From an uncultured virus (IMG/VR IMGVR_UViG_3300025333_000001) (lineage: Duplodnaviria > Heunggongvirae > Uroviricota > Caudoviricetes > Thumleimavirales > Hafunaviridae): a stretch of DNA of 64,000 nt. The position numbers and the translations under genes were made by a program. Position 1 is the stretch's first letter. Every line of letters begins with the position of its first letter. Of the stretch, positions 9,520-20,182 are shown piece by piece. The stretch lies in IMG/VR virus record IMGVR_UViG_3300025333_000001; one strand, given 5' to 3'. A model generated the notes under the pieces. The model had not been told where the DNA came from, made no database searches, and worked only from the letters and a program-made list of their open reading frames with translations.

Positions 9520-9811
9520 GTGAAAACACAGCAGACGACAAGTTCGACGTGACCGAAGACGGGAAGCTGGTCGAGAACAAGGAAACCGAAGCTAACTTCG
9601 AAGAGAATTTGACTTTCGATGAATGACTCCGATCTTGGCCCAGCGTTCATGCTGGGTCTGACTATGGGACTCATGCTGGCGGCTGGCTACGAGGACGACG
9701 AACCGTCTGACTGACCCAGCCGCCTCATCGAGTCACGACACCGTAGCCAGCAGCTCCCAGCAGTCGCGCTGATCGACTTTTCACATACAGACGACCCAAA
9801 CCTCTTACTTC

Positions 9812-11614
9812 ATGGAAGAACTCGCAGAGAAGCTCGCAGAGAGCGAGCATGGACTCGATAACGCCGAGGCACTTGTTAAGCGGTGGACCGGCCACCCTGA
9901 ACGAATTGCCGAGGACATCTTTCGGGTTCGAAACCTCGATAGCGGCGACATCGAGGATCTGGGCCTCTTTTACCCGTATCAGCCCAAGTTGATGCACGCC
10001 TATTTCTTCGGAGATGGGCGAATTATCAACGTGTATAAAGGTCGCCGTATCGGCGTGTCGTTCGTCTTCGGCGTTTGTATGGCAATTGACGGGTTGGCCT
10101 CTCCCGGTGCGTTCTTCCCGATTGTCTCACGGACGAAAAGCCAGTCAGAGTCTCGAATTGCGGATATTCGTGACCTGATTGAGCATTCGAAGGTTATCGA
10201 CATCGATGACCTCGTGACGGACAACAAAGGTGAGATCGAACTGCCCAATGGGGCGGTTTTCAAGGCATATACCGGCGATCCCGAGGGTGCGCGTGGTGAT
10301 GACTCCGCAAAAACCGTTTTCGTAGACGAAATGGCATTCTTGGACGACCAAGAAGCGACCATGCGGGCTTTCATGCCGTTCATCTCGCTTGGAGACGCGA
10401 AAATGCTCCAAGTTTCGACTCCACGCGTTTCGAGCGATCTTTTCCTCCGAACGCACAAACGAGGGTCGCCAACAGGCAATAACGGCGTTATTTCGGTCAA
10501 ACAGCCCACATTCAAGAATCCTGACGGCATTGACGTTTCAGTACCGCTTCAGGACCAGAATGTTCACCCCGTTCGCCCCGATCTCAACATCGATACGGTT
10601 GAGGCCGAGCGGGCACAAGACCCCCAAGGATTTGCACAGGAGTATCTGTGCAAGCCAGTTTCCGACGAATATCGCTTCCTATCGATGGATGCGATAGAAC
10701 GGGCACAAAAACGCGGTGCAGCCCAGCCTGAGAAGTTCGAAGCCGGTGTTGGCGGGGGGAAAGCAAAGGCTTCGAACGCATACTGGCACCCAGCGACTCA
10801 TGCGCGATCTGGCGGCATGATGGTGATGGGTGTTGACATCGGCATTGACCGGGACGACACCGCTATCTCTGTATTCGAACACGTTGGAGATAAGCGTTAT
10901 CTCCGGTTTCATACCCTTGTTGAACGGAATGATCTCCGACAAGTAGGCGTTTACCCCGAAGATCCGAAAAACCCCGACTCAATTGCCCAATATCTTTACC
11001 GCGTGTCCGAAAACATGGGCGTTGACAAAGTATTTGTCGATATGACGGGTCCGGGCCGTGGATTCCAACAGGCAATCCAACATCGGCTCGGAAAACGCGC
11101 TCAAGGCTTCAATTTCAGCAATAAAAACGAGCTTGAGCGAATGTGGGGTGATCTCAACTACGCACTCCACAAAAACCTGATCACACTGGTTCCAGACGAG
11201 GATATTCACGACCAGTTGGGTGCAATCGTCAAACAGCAGTCTTACGAGGATCAAACGCCACGATTTTCGGGCAAAGATCAATCCGAAGACGGCAAAGACG
11301 ATCTTGCGATGTCGATGGTCCTCGGGGCGTACCCCCCGAACTTCAAAGCTGATCGTTCTACATCGCCACACACGCGAAAGAACGCCAGTGGGACTGAGTA
11401 TTCGGATGCAGATGCCGGAGAAGACACCCAAGGCGACCCGGTGCGAGCAGCCAAGCAGCGCGAAATTAAGAGCCGCGATCAATCGGGCGATGCAGCCGAA
11501 GCGTTTGCAGCGGCAAACAGCGTTCGTGGTGTCCGAGCAAACACCAAGCGGTCAAACAACCGGCACAAACTTCGCCATTCACGCAACCGATCAAGCTCAA
11601 ATCGGAGACGCTAA
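9812..11614 (+). CDS. terL: terminase large subunit
   Basis: Walker A-like KGRRIGVS, Walker B VFVDEMAF, coupling motif VSTP, nuclease GVDIG..DDT and DDLAMS. Confidence 0.92.
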   Translation: MEELAEKLAESEHGLDNAEALVKRWTGHPERIAEDIFRVRNLDSGDIEDLGLFYPYQPKLMHAYFFGDGRIINVYKGRRIGVSFVFGVCMAIDGLASPGAFFPIVSRTKSQSESRIADIRDLIEHSKVIDIDDLVTDNKGEIELPNGAVFKAYTGDPEGARGDDSAKTVFVDEMAFLDDQEATMRAFMPFISLGDAKMLQVSTPRVSSDLFLRTHKRGSPTGNNGVISVKQPTFKNPDGIDVSVPLQDQNVHPVRPDLNIDTVEAERAQDPQGFAQEYLCKPVSDEYRFLSMDAIERAQKRGAAQPEKFEAGVGGGKAKASNAYWHPATHARSGGMMVMGVDIGIDRDDTAISVFEHVGDKRYLRFHTLVERNDLRQVGVYPEDPKNPDSIAQYLYRVSENMGVDKVFVDMTGPGRGFQQAIQHRLGKRAQGFNFSNKNELERMWGDLNYALHKNLITLVPDEDIHDQLGAIVKQQSYEDQTPRFSGKDQSEDGKDDLAMSMVLGAYPPNFKADRSTSPHTRKNASGTEYSDADAGEDTQGDPVRAAKQREIKSRDQSGDAAEAFAAANSVRGVRANTKRSNNRHKLRHSRNRSSSNRRR

Positions 11615-11620
11615 CAATTT

Positions 11621-13132
11621 ATGAAGGAAGGAACATTCGTTGACCCCCCGGACGATGACAGCAAGGAGTTCTATGCTGACTCACCGAAAGGGGTCATCAA
11701 AAGCACCCAAAATCAGGGTGGTGCCGGAGCAAATCGCGGTGTTGAGGCTCCGCAGAACGAGATCGAGAGGCATCGGGAAATTGCGTACACCGATCCCCAC
11801 GTTCATGAGGCAGTTTACACCCTCATAGACTGGATCGGCGGTGACAGCTACAATATCAAGCCACGGTCGTTCGAAGCCGCTCTTGAAGGCGGTGGTGGCG
11901 AGATTGCAGCCGATATTACGGGCGGTGCCGAACTCGGGGACGAGGAAGCCCAGCGGACGATGGCAGCCAAGCTGGAAATGCTGATGAAGTCCTCGCGGTT
12001 CCAAATCGTGTTCATTGAGTGGCTGTACTACGCGGTTGTAGACGGCCACTCGTTCATGGAACTCGTGGTTGAAGACGGGAATTTCGACCCCCGGCTTCTC
12101 CCCACGACGAACATGAGTCGGGAAACCGACGAATATGGTCGCGTTATTGCTTATCACCTCGATCCCCCCGAAGGCGGTGGGGATGGGGGTGGTGGGGGTG
12201 GCGATAACCGTGTGAGCTACGAGCCACACGAGGTCGCCGAACTCTACTTCCGCAAGCAACCAACCGATGATTTCGGGCGGTCGTTCATCGAGGCAATCGC
12301 GGAAGCTGCTGACATCCTCCGCGACATGGAGATGGACTACGCGAGGTTCGTGGCAACGAAAGCGTATCCCCCGATTCTGTGGAAGCTCGGGACGGAAGAC
12401 GAGAAATGGACTGAACCACAGATCGACAACTGGCTCGATACGGTTGAAGCCATCGAGCCGGACACGATGTTAGCGGCGGGTCACGACGTAGAAGCTGACA
12501 TCGTTGGCACCACATCGACCAGTTCAACGGCTGGTGCCATGCGGTTGGAAGAGACGTTTGACCACTTCCAAGATCGGATCGTGACCGGTCTTGGCGTGCC
12601 TGCGCTCCTGATGAACATGGAGGGTGGGGGTGGGGGTCAAGGAGAAGCAATCTCTGCGATGCCCTCGTTCAAGCGTCGTGTTCGTCGGATTCAGAACCAC
12701 ATTAAGACCGAGGTTGAACAGCAGATTCTCAAATCGCTGGTGTTCAATTCGTTGCAAGACGCCGAAGGACCAGTCCCCGAGTTCGAGTTCGGCGAATACT
12801 CGTCGGCAGAAGAGCGGCTGGACTCCGATGTGGCAATCAACCTGATGAATAACCTTCTGCTGAAACCCGAAGCCGCAGCGCGGCGTGCAGGCATCGATCC
12901 TGACTCCGAGCTTCCCGACATTTGGCAGGGGGCGGACGGTGAGCAGCAGATGGAGATCCTTCGACAGCTTGCGGGCAGCGGTGATGACATACAGAACCCC
13001 GACGGGGGTTCACCAACAGGTACAGGTGGTGGAGCCGAGTCTTCCGGTGGCGAAGTGACTTCTCGCCAGAATCCCGGCGGTGATGAAGACGGACGTAACC
13101 GTCAGTCTGTGACAGAAGGTGAAAACACCTGA
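11621..13132 (+). CDS. portal protein
   Basis: 503 aa directly after TerL; DDFGRSFIEAI resembles the portal yG.S motif. Confidence 0.85.
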   Translation: MKEGTFVDPPDDDSKEFYADSPKGVIKSTQNQGGAGANRGVEAPQNEIERHREIAYTDPHVHEAVYTLIDWIGGDSYNIKPRSFEAALEGGGGEIAADITGGAELGDEEAQRTMAAKLEMLMKSSRFQIVFIEWLYYAVVDGHSFMELVVEDGNFDPRLLPTTNMSRETDEYGRVIAYHLDPPEGGGDGGGGGGDNRVSYEPHEVAELYFRKQPTDDFGRSFIEAIAEAADILRDMEMDYARFVATKAYPPILWKLGTEDEKWTEPQIDNWLDTVEAIEPDTMLAAGHDVEADIVGTTSTSSTAGAMRLEETFDHFQDRIVTGLGVPALLMNMEGGGGGQGEAISAMPSFKRRVRRIQNHIKTEVEQQILKSLVFNSLQDAEGPVPEFEFGEYSSAEERLDSDVAINLMNNLLLKPEAAARRAGIDPDSELPDIWQGADGEQQMEILRQLAGSGDDIQNPDGGSPTGTGGGAESSGGEVTSRQNPGGDEDGRNRQSVTEGENT

Positions 13133-13400
13133 TACCATGGACGATGCTGAAAACGAAAAACTCAACGAAATTCACAACGCGGTACAAGAAACGCAGACCC
13201 AAATTCGAGTTATCCACGAACGAACCGGAAATATGGATAGCAGACTTCAAAATGTCAAAGAAGAGGCCGAGAAAAACAGCAATGACATTGACGACCTCGA
13301 ATCATCTGTTAACCGGAATACCACCGCCGTAGCTGGTATAACCAGTGCGATTACCGCCAGTGCGGTGTGGATTGGCAATAAGCTGATAAAATTATTTTAA
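13119..13400 (+). CDS. small coiled-coil protein with a C-terminal hydrophobic helix
   Basis: Heptad-like N-terminal part followed by AVAGITSAITASAVWIG. Confidence 0.6.
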   Translation: MKTPDTMDDAENEKLNEIHNAVQETQTQIRVIHERTGNMDSRLQNVKEEAEKNSNDIDDLESSVNRNTTAVAGITSAITASAVWIGNKLIKLF

Positions 13401-13401
13401 C

Positions 13402-14139
13402 ATGAGTAACCAACTAAATCTCGACGCTGATCTCGAATTTGCCGCCAGCACCCCCGACGACTCACAATCACTTGATTTTGACAGTGAGGAGTTCCGCCAG
13501 TATGCTGGCACTGGCTTCAACGAGTACGGCGTTCGACCAAACACCGACGAAGGCGGCAATATCGAATCGGTCGATGTTGTCTACGAAGCAATGGAGCCGG
13601 GACCGCCTGAACGGCGTAACGGTGTGCGGGTCACTGAAAATTTCCTGCGTAATCTGAGCGATAAAGATTACACCCAAGAACCGCCCCATCTTCTCGATCA
13701 CAAATCGAAAGAGACGTTTGCCAACATCGGTAACGTCCAAGAAATCTGGTTTTCCGAGCAGGCGGAAAAACTGGCACTAATGGTTCGAGTGCCAAACACT
13801 GGTGGTCCAACACACAACGAAGCAATCTCGCGATATACCCATGAACCCCCGGCAATCCGAAACGGGTCGGTAGGACTGGGCAACAACTACGAAGCAATTC
13901 GTAACGACGAGGGCGAACCAGAAATCAAAGACGGCAAACTCCGCGAATTTTCTGCCGTCAACTTCCCCGGTGGCTACGACGAGGGTGGCGTATCAGCCGC
14001 GTTCGCCGAAGCCGCCAGTGACGCGATCACTGAGTTTGATGACGAGGCACAAGCAGATGAGTCCACCGAGGACGAAGCCTCAGAGAACTCGGCAGCGGAT
14101 AACGACTTTTCGGTTGAAACCGAGGAGATCACTTTCTAA
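13402..14139 (+). CDS. prohead protease
   Basis: Position; LLDH, GSVG and LREFSAVNFPG match HK97-type protease motifs. Confidence 0.75.
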   Translation: MSNQLNLDADLEFAASTPDDSQSLDFDSEEFRQYAGTGFNEYGVRPNTDEGGNIESVDVVYEAMEPGPPERRNGVRVTENFLRNLSDKDYTQEPPHLLDHKSKETFANIGNVQEIWFSEQAEKLALMVRVPNTGGPTHNEAISRYTHEPPAIRNGSVGLGNNYEAIRNDEGEPEIKDGKLREFSAVNFPGGYDEGGVSAAFAEAASDAITEFDDEAQADESTEDEASENSAADNDFSVETEEITF

Positions 14140-14144
14140 TCACA

Positions 14145-14621
14145 ATGAAATTCAACAAGGTCAACTTCGACGGCGACCTCAGTGAGATGGACGACGATGA
14201 ACTCACTGAACTGGTAGATCAATACCAGAAGGCACAGGAAACGAACGTTGCCGAGTTCAAACAGGCAAAGGAGGCGATGGCTGAACTCGTTGACGCAGAT
14301 GAAAACGCTGACTTCGAGGATATTTTCGGTGAGGTGCAAGACTTCACTGATGCCAAGGACGAACTGGTCGATGAGGTCAAAGAGTTCGATGCGTTCGCCG
14401 ATTCTCCCGTCACCGAGTCGGAACTCGAAGACGGCGCCTTTTCGAAGGTTCGAGAATGGCACGCGTATTTCGCTGCGGCAGAAGCCGCCCCCGAAGACGA
14501 CGACGGCGAGTTCGATGACATGGGTAAGCGCGGCGAAACCGGTGGCGACGAAGAGGAGGCCGAACGTCAGTTCGCCGAAAAGCATCTCAGTGGCATGGCT
14601 GGCTTTCAGCGCAAGCAGTAA
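14145..14621 (+). CDS. putative scaffolding protein
   Basis: Acidic helical protein between the protease and capsid genes. Confidence 0.55.
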   Translation: MKFNKVNFDGDLSEMDDDELTELVDQYQKAQETNVAEFKQAKEAMAELVDADENADFEDIFGEVQDFTDAKDELVDEVKEFDAFADSPVTESELEDGAFSKVREWHAYFAAAEAAPEDDDGEFDDMGKRGETGGDEEEAERQFAEKHLSGMAGFQRKQ

Positions 14622-14640
14622 TTCTACAAGGTAAATCACA

Positions 14641-15189
14641 ATGGCAGACTGGAACGTAGCAACTGGTGCAGAACAGGCAATTAACCGAACCGGCGCGCCG
14701 AACTGTCGGGTCGTTGGCGAAGACGTGCAAGGCGCGCTCGTCGGCGTCTCGCAGAACGCCGATGACGAGTGGGAACTCGTTGAGGCCGACGCGGAAGCTG
14801 AGGCCAATGGTGGGACCGAGGTCAACGCTCTCGGGGTTCTGTTCCCCGAAGAGGTGGTCGATCTCGATGCGCTGCCGACTGGCGCATATCTGGCCGACAT
14901 CGAAGAGCAGCTTGTTCAGGAGAACAAAACGCTCGCTGGCGACCGAGCGGTGTTCATCGTCTTCGGCGTTGAGATGATCAACAACGACGAGGACACCAAC
15001 TTCACGCCGAACCAGCCGGTGTATCTCGACAGTGGTGGGGGCTTCACGCAGACCAAGCCTTCGACCGCTGGCGACATTCAGCAGGCGGTCGGTGTCTGCC
15101 TGCCACCCAACGAGGATGGCGGCAGTAACCGTGTGCAGGGCGACCGAATCTATCTCGACGTGGACCTCACTACGTGGACCACCGCGTAG
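14641..15189 (+). CDS. putative capsid decoration/cement protein
   Basis: Directly before the MCP; PVYLDSGGGFTQTKP...QAVGV pattern. Confidence 0.65.
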   Translation: MADWNVATGAEQAINRTGAPNCRVVGEDVQGALVGVSQNADDEWELVEADAEAEANGGTEVNALGVLFPEEVVDLDALPTGAYLADIEEQLVQENKTLAGDRAVFIVFGVEMINNDEDTNFTPNQPVYLDSGGGFTQTKPSTAGDIQQAVGVCLPPNEDGGSNRVQGDRIYLDVDLTTWTTA

Positions 15190-15230
15190 AGTAAGTTCAC
15201 AAACAATTAACACATAGGACATAAATCTTT

Positions 15231-16196
15231 ATGCCACGACACGAAATCAAGACGAAGGACGGCGTACCACTCGATGAACTGCTCGAACAGTCGCGCCGAC
15301 TGATCGACATTTACAACGACGTTGAGCGTCCGTTCCGCGACATGTTCGCGGAGATGGTCGATCAACAGACCTTCTACAACGAACCACAGGATGCAGAGGT
15401 CTACTGGGAGGAGCTTGCTGAAGGTGAGCATCCCCGCACGGTTGGCCGTGACAAGGACGACACCCAAATCTTCATCCGCGACAAGAAGTTCGGTCGCTCG
15501 GTGGGGATGTCGCAGGACTACATCGAAAAGCACACGCAGGAGCGCATTATGCGCAAGATCCGCGACATGCTGGAAGGCGCGGACAACACGATGCGGGAAC
15601 TCATCCTGTCGGCCCTGAAAGACGGGTATGCACAGGGGCAGGAACTCTGGTACGACGTTCCCGACTATGGTGAACACTCGTTCAGCCAGACTCACAGCCA
15701 CAAGTTCGAGACGACCGACGCTCTCTTCGATGACGACGGGAACGACGACACGGCCTACGAGGCCCACCGGCACATCGAAGAGGCCAAACAGGAGCTTACG
15801 CACCACGGCTTCGACGGGCCGTTCGTGGCTCTCGTCTCTTCGAACTTCAAGTACGCACTCCGCGACGAAATTTCGTGGGATGCCCAGTTCCACATCCCGA
15901 TGGCCACGGGGATGCGCAGTGCCGACATCAACGACCTCGACATCGTTATCGACGGTGTCCGACTCATCGAGAGTCCGTGGATGACCGGCAACAAGATGTG
16001 GGTCACGCAGGCGCAGAACGGCTCGCCGGTCAAAATCTACGAGGATTCGCCCGTCCACCTTCGCCAAGGCTCGGAAGGCGGCGGTCCTGTTCTCTCGCCC
16101 GGCGACCTCGTCGGTGCGAATGGCTACGCCCGTTGGGGTGTCAAGAACGTCGATCCGCTTCGAGCGGTCTACGTTGAGGCAACAAACGTCGCCTAA
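15231..16196 (+). CDS. major capsid protein (HK97 fold presumed)
   Basis: 321 aa; canonical position; strongly C/G-ending codons; AAACAATTAA upstream. Confidence 0.85.
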   Translation: MPRHEIKTKDGVPLDELLEQSRRLIDIYNDVERPFRDMFAEMVDQQTFYNEPQDAEVYWEELAEGEHPRTVGRDKDDTQIFIRDKKFGRSVGMSQDYIEKHTQERIMRKIRDMLEGADNTMRELILSALKDGYAQGQELWYDVPDYGEHSFSQTHSHKFETTDALFDDDGNDDTAYEAHRHIEEAKQELTHHGFDGPFVALVSSNFKYALRDEISWDAQFHIPMATGMRSADINDLDIVIDGVRLIESPWMTGNKMWVTQAQNGSPVKIYEDSPVHLRQGSEGGGPVLSPGDLVGANGYARWGVKNVDPLRAVYVEATNVA

Positions 16197-16209
16197 AGGG
16201 GTCTAACGC

Positions 16210-16674
16210 ATGGCTTCTTCTGATACCGAACTTCTCCCGCAACTCCGAATGCAGACAGGCTACTCAGAGCTTGTACTGGATTCTGACGACTGGGATGCAA
16301 TTTTCGGTATTGCGCGTCGGCACATTCGAGTTGAAAAGGGCATTACTCAAGAATGGAATGAGGCCGACTGGTACGAAGAGCAAAACCGAGAAGAAGCCTT
16401 GTTCTGGTTCGCCTGTCTGTTCGCCAAGGTCGCAACTGGTGAGCTTGATTCGCAGTCGGTGTCGGTCGGTTCGATCAACCAGAAAACGCTGATGTCGAAA
16501 GAAACCGGCTCGGCGACCATCTGGTATCGAAACGCGAAGAAAGCGATGGGTGGCATGGCTGGCTCCTCCGACAATCCCTACGGCACTGGCTCTCGAACAG
16601 TGGTCCGTGACAACCGCCTCTATGGCGATGACGCCGAAGAAGTCGGCACTGGAACGGATGTTGGTGAGTTGTAA
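16210..16674 (+). CDS. head-tail adaptor
   Basis: Synteny; SVSVGSI motif. Confidence 0.6.
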   Translation: MASSDTELLPQLRMQTGYSELVLDSDDWDAIFGIARRHIRVEKGITQEWNEADWYEEQNREEALFWFACLFAKVATGELDSQSVSVGSINQKTLMSKETGSATIWYRNAKKAMGGMAGSSDNPYGTGSRTVVRDNRLYGDDAEEVGTGTDVGEL

Positions 16675-17069
16675 TGCCATACAACCATCTCGCGGTGCTT
16701 GCACAGATTGACCGTCTCGGTCGGTCTGCACAAGTTTACACCCGATCTGATGGCGAAGATGGCGAACTGCGTAACTCGTTCGGACAGTTGAACTCCGAAT
16801 ATACGCTGGCTACAGACAGTGAGGGAGATCCCGTTGAACTGCTTTGCCTTCGAACGTACCCCAGCCAAAACGAGTACCAGCGAAACGCGAGCGGCGACCG
16901 GAACTCCGATGAGCCGCTGTTCGTGTTTCCATTCGAGGACGCCCCGGACACAGATGCTCGTATCGAGTATCCCGAACCCGGTGGCACGGCCACACTGTAT
17001 CAACTCAAAGCACCAACCCGCTACGACACTCACGTTGAGTTCGGCGCGGAAGTTGTAACCAACCAGTAA
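16674..17069 (+). CDS. head closure protein
   Basis: Synteny and size. Confidence 0.55.
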   Translation: MPYNHLAVLAQIDRLGRSAQVYTRSDGEDGELRNSFGQLNSEYTLATDSEGDPVELLCLRTYPSQNEYQRNASGDRNSDEPLFVFPFEDAPDTDARIEYPEPGGTATLYQLKAPTRYDTHVEFGAEVVTNQ

Positions 17070-17072
17070 TCC

Positions 17073-19154
17073 ATGGCAAAGCTCAAGCTCGAATGGTCAG
17101 TCGATGACAAATCCGTCACCAAGACGTTTCGACGGTTTCGAGCGGGGGCGAAAGAGGGGATGGAAGAGAGTGTAGACACACTTTTGGATCATGGGAAAGG
17201 TGCGGCCCGCGAGCGGATCATGCAGCAGCGGCGGGTGTGGAACTTCGAAGTTTACAGCGAGTGGATCTCCGACGTTTCATCGAAGTCCGATGGCGTCACG
17301 GGGAAACTCGTTGCCGTAGCACCGCACGCTGGCGTGGTCAACTACGGTCGCAAGCCCGGTCGGGCACCACAAGCCCAACACATCATCGACTGGGTGGACG
17401 ACAACGTGATGCCGCGTGGCGGCCCCTCCGGCGACGTTACTGGCGGGGGCGGTGGCGGGGATGGCGGTGACTCGGGGTCGGCCGCGTCCTCGATTAAGAT
17501 CCCGAACTACGACCCCGTCGATGTTGGCGGTCACGATGATCGCACCCAAAACATCGAAATCAAGGGCAACAAAGCGGCTTCGGAGTTAGGACTCGATTCT
17601 TCATTCAGCTACAACGACAAGCCCGTCAACGGCTTTGAACTCGGTAGCAGTTTCGTTGGTCAACGCTTGATCGTGTGGGATCGTGACGAAAAATCCTACC
17701 GGCGAGCAGTTGTGATCGACGTGAAAGAGCGTAAACACCTTCAAGTTCGCTTCGGCGATAAGATGGTTGAAAGGCAGCTCGAAGGAGGTTCGAACGCGCT
17801 GACGAAAAAGCACGTTGTTGCGTATGAAAACCGCGATCTCCTGTCGGACGACGAAAAATGGGATATTGCTGATGAGCAGTTCGATCTGATTCCCAAGGGC
17901 AATTATCTTGATGAAACCGCGAAAGACGAGATCAATCAGGTGTGGCGCGAATATACCGCGGCGATAACCAATCCTGACGAAGCCATCGAACTGGCAAACA
18001 ACATCAAGAACATCCAAAAGGCAGCACCGGATGAAAGCGCGAACGTCACACCAGATATCTTTGACGACCAGACTGTTCGAATCAAGCTCCACAATCCTGA
18101 CAGCGAGTTCACGAGTGATCGTAGCGAGGGTAAAACCAAAACTATCCGCCACGAAATGATGCACGCGTATCTCATAACGAATGGGTACGACCACCATCAA
18201 GATGCTCGTCGTGGTGATTGGAATAAGGTTAAGGTGTATCGAAACACCAACGAGGTTGATTTCGATTATGTCGAACGCGGCGGTGTCTCCGAGATAACCA
18301 AGTACGATAAAGATGCTGGCAGCGCAAAGCCAACGGCGTACATGATGCTGAGTAAAAATCAGCGTGATGATTACGACGACGGCAATCTCGGAAGTCCCGA
18401 GTGGCTTCAACACATCTACGACAACACCGTAGCCGAAGCCCAAGACGCTGGTAAGATTGAATACGACGGCAAGTATGATTTCCGCCATGACTTGGTTTTT
18501 GGACCCAACCCCGATCTTGAAGAAGGCGGCTACGTCAAAGTAGCACTCCCCGACCACGATGGTCGTGAGATCGAACTTCTGGTAGTCAAAGGAATACACG
18601 AATACAACGGTCAACAGGTGTTCGCCGCTGATTGGAAGGAGGTTACAAAACGGATTCCGGTAGACAGAGATACCGGCCAGATCATCCCCGACGAGATGGA
18701 GTTTCGGCAGTATGCTCCTGAAAGCGATGTCAAAGTCGATTACGGGGTTGACCCCGATGATATTGCCTCCGATCCCGGCTTTCAGCGAACTGACGAAGGT
18801 TCGTTAGCCGTGTTCGCCGAGGCTCTTTCTCGAAGCCACTTCCGAATGGCAATCTCATCCGAGGTGTTCTTCGGAGAAGACCGCAATGAACGCTACATAG
18901 ATACCCCATACAGTGCGACAAACTCGCAGGAAACTGCGGCAAAGTTCGCCGAGGTGCTATTCGATGATGTTCTTAGTCAAGTGTATTCACAAGAGGAAAT
19001 CGAAAATCTCTACGAACATCACGAAGAACTTATATGGGCAGCAAACCAACACTTCGTCATTCCGGCCTATATCCGAAACGAACTGTCAGTCGCGGTTGAA
19101 CGGGACTGGGAAGACATCATCGAAGACCTCAATCGGAGATACGGAGAACTGTGA
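17073..19154 (+). CDS. neck (HK97 gp10-like) N-terminal domain fused to a zincin metallopeptidase-like region
   Basis: APHAGVVNYGRKPG..P...IIDW, Gly linker, HEMMH (18150-18164), YSATNSQE (18909-18932). Confidence 0.7.
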   Translation: MAKLKLEWSVDDKSVTKTFRRFRAGAKEGMEESVDTLLDHGKGAARERIMQQRRVWNFEVYSEWISDVSSKSDGVTGKLVAVAPHAGVVNYGRKPGRAPQAQHIIDWVDDNVMPRGGPSGDVTGGGGGGDGGDSGSAASSIKIPNYDPVDVGGHDDRTQNIEIKGNKAASELGLDSSFSYNDKPVNGFELGSSFVGQRLIVWDRDEKSYRRAVVIDVKERKHLQVRFGDKMVERQLEGGSNALTKKHVVAYENRDLLSDDEKWDIADEQFDLIPKGNYLDETAKDEINQVWREYTAAITNPDEAIELANNIKNIQKAAPDESANVTPDIFDDQTVRIKLHNPDSEFTSDRSEGKTKTIRHEMMHAYLITNGYDHHQDARRGDWNKVKVYRNTNEVDFDYVERGGVSEITKYDKDAGSAKPTAYMMLSKNQRDDYDDGNLGSPEWLQHIYDNTVAEAQDAGKIEYDGKYDFRHDLVFGPNPDLEEGGYVKVALPDHDGREIELLVVKGIHEYNGQQVFAADWKEVTKRIPVDRDTGQIIPDEMEFRQYAPESDVKVDYGVDPDDIASDPGFQRTDEGSLAVFAEALSRSHFRMAISSEVFFGEDRNERYIDTPYSATNSQETAAKFAEVLFDDVLSQVYSQEEIENLYEHHEELIWAANQHFVIPAYIRNELSVAVERDWEDIIEDLNRRYGEL

Positions 19155-19435
19155 TCCACCTAACCATACTTTCCAAGAAGATCGAGGAAATGGGAACTGC
19201 AACAATCGATGGCCATGATGTCACCATCGACCTTTTCGGTGATGATCTTGAGGATGGATTAGCCGAGTTGGCAGCCGATTTCAACGAGTCGAAGATCGAC
19301 TTGACGATTGATCAAGAAGTGTGGGAAGATCCGTCTACACCGGAATATTTCACCGAAGATATAATCGAAATGCGAGTCAACTGGTGGTTTCGGGAGTTCG
19401 ACTCGTTTTTCGGAACCATTCGCACTGATCAATAA
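19151..19435 (+). CDS. small acidic protein, candidate immunity/partner protein
   Basis: GTG start overlaps the TGA of 17073..19154. Confidence 0.5.
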   Translation: MIHLTILSKKIEEMGTATIDGHDVTIDLFGDDLEDGLAELAADFNESKIDLTIDQEVWEDPSTPEYFTEDIIEMRVNWWFREFDSFFGTIRTDQ

Positions 19436-19444
19436 CTGATTTTT

Positions 19445-19657
19445 ATGCAAGATAGCAACCCCGAGATAGACGCATTAGTAGCCCGCTATGGCGAGGACAC
19501 GGTTCGTGCGGCATTTGCTATCGCCCAGTCAATCGGTGACAGTGGTTTCGATGGCATTCATTTCAAACGCGCAGCAGAAGGCCGAATGCGACAAACAGCG
19601 AGCTTAACCATTCGGTCGAAAGTCGAATCGCGGATACGCCAGCGAATGCGGTCATAA
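19445..19657 (+). CDS. probable C-terminal half of the neck protein
   Basis: AAFAIAQSIGDSG...HFKRAA resembles the gp10-like C-terminus; basic composition like the N-terminal half. Confidence 0.55.
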   Translation: MQDSNPEIDALVARYGEDTVRAAFAIAQSIGDSGFDGIHFKRAAEGRMRQTASLTIRSKVESRIRQRMRS

Positions 19658-19660
19658 CAA

Positions 19661-20179
19661 ATGAATCAAAAACAAGCACTTAACTCCCTCGTGAGTTACC
19701 TCTCCGGCCAGCTTTCAGTTCCGGTGTTCGTTAAAGGAACGCGGAACGAGCGGCCTACCCCCGCGGTAGTCATTGAAAATTGGTCAACCACCGAGTTTAC
19801 CTACCACAATGACGACTACGTGGGGCTATTCGATGACCCCGCCGACGGTGTGCAGAAAGAATACTACCGATTCTACTGGGGTATGCGCGTTGAACTGCTC
19901 ATTCGTCACACTGACGACGTTGAGGGGGTTGGACTGGACGATGATGTCATTCGGAGTTTGCGATTGCTTCGAACCAAGCCAACTACCCTCCACGATCATA
20001 CGCGAACTGTCTCACTCAGTAATGGTGGTGGAATCGACCACCAGTTTGTCGAAACCCCAGAGGCCGAACTCAATCAGGCGCTTACGATCAATGGATTGCA
20101 CGATCTGAAAATCGGTCCAGCAAACAGTCAGCACGAAACGCTCGAAGAAATCAAAAACGACATCACTTACACAGACTAA
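19661..20179 (+). CDS. tail terminator/completion protein
   Basis: Synteny before the sheath gene; PAVVIE motif. Confidence 0.6.
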   Translation: MNQKQALNSLVSYLSGQLSVPVFVKGTRNERPTPAVVIENWSTTEFTYHNDDYVGLFDDPADGVQKEYYRFYWGMRVELLIRHTDDVEGVGLDDDVIRSLRLLRTKPTTLHDHTRTVSLSNGGGIDHQFVETPEAELNQALTINGLHDLKIGPANSQHETLEEIKNDITYTD

Positions 20180-20182
20180 CAC

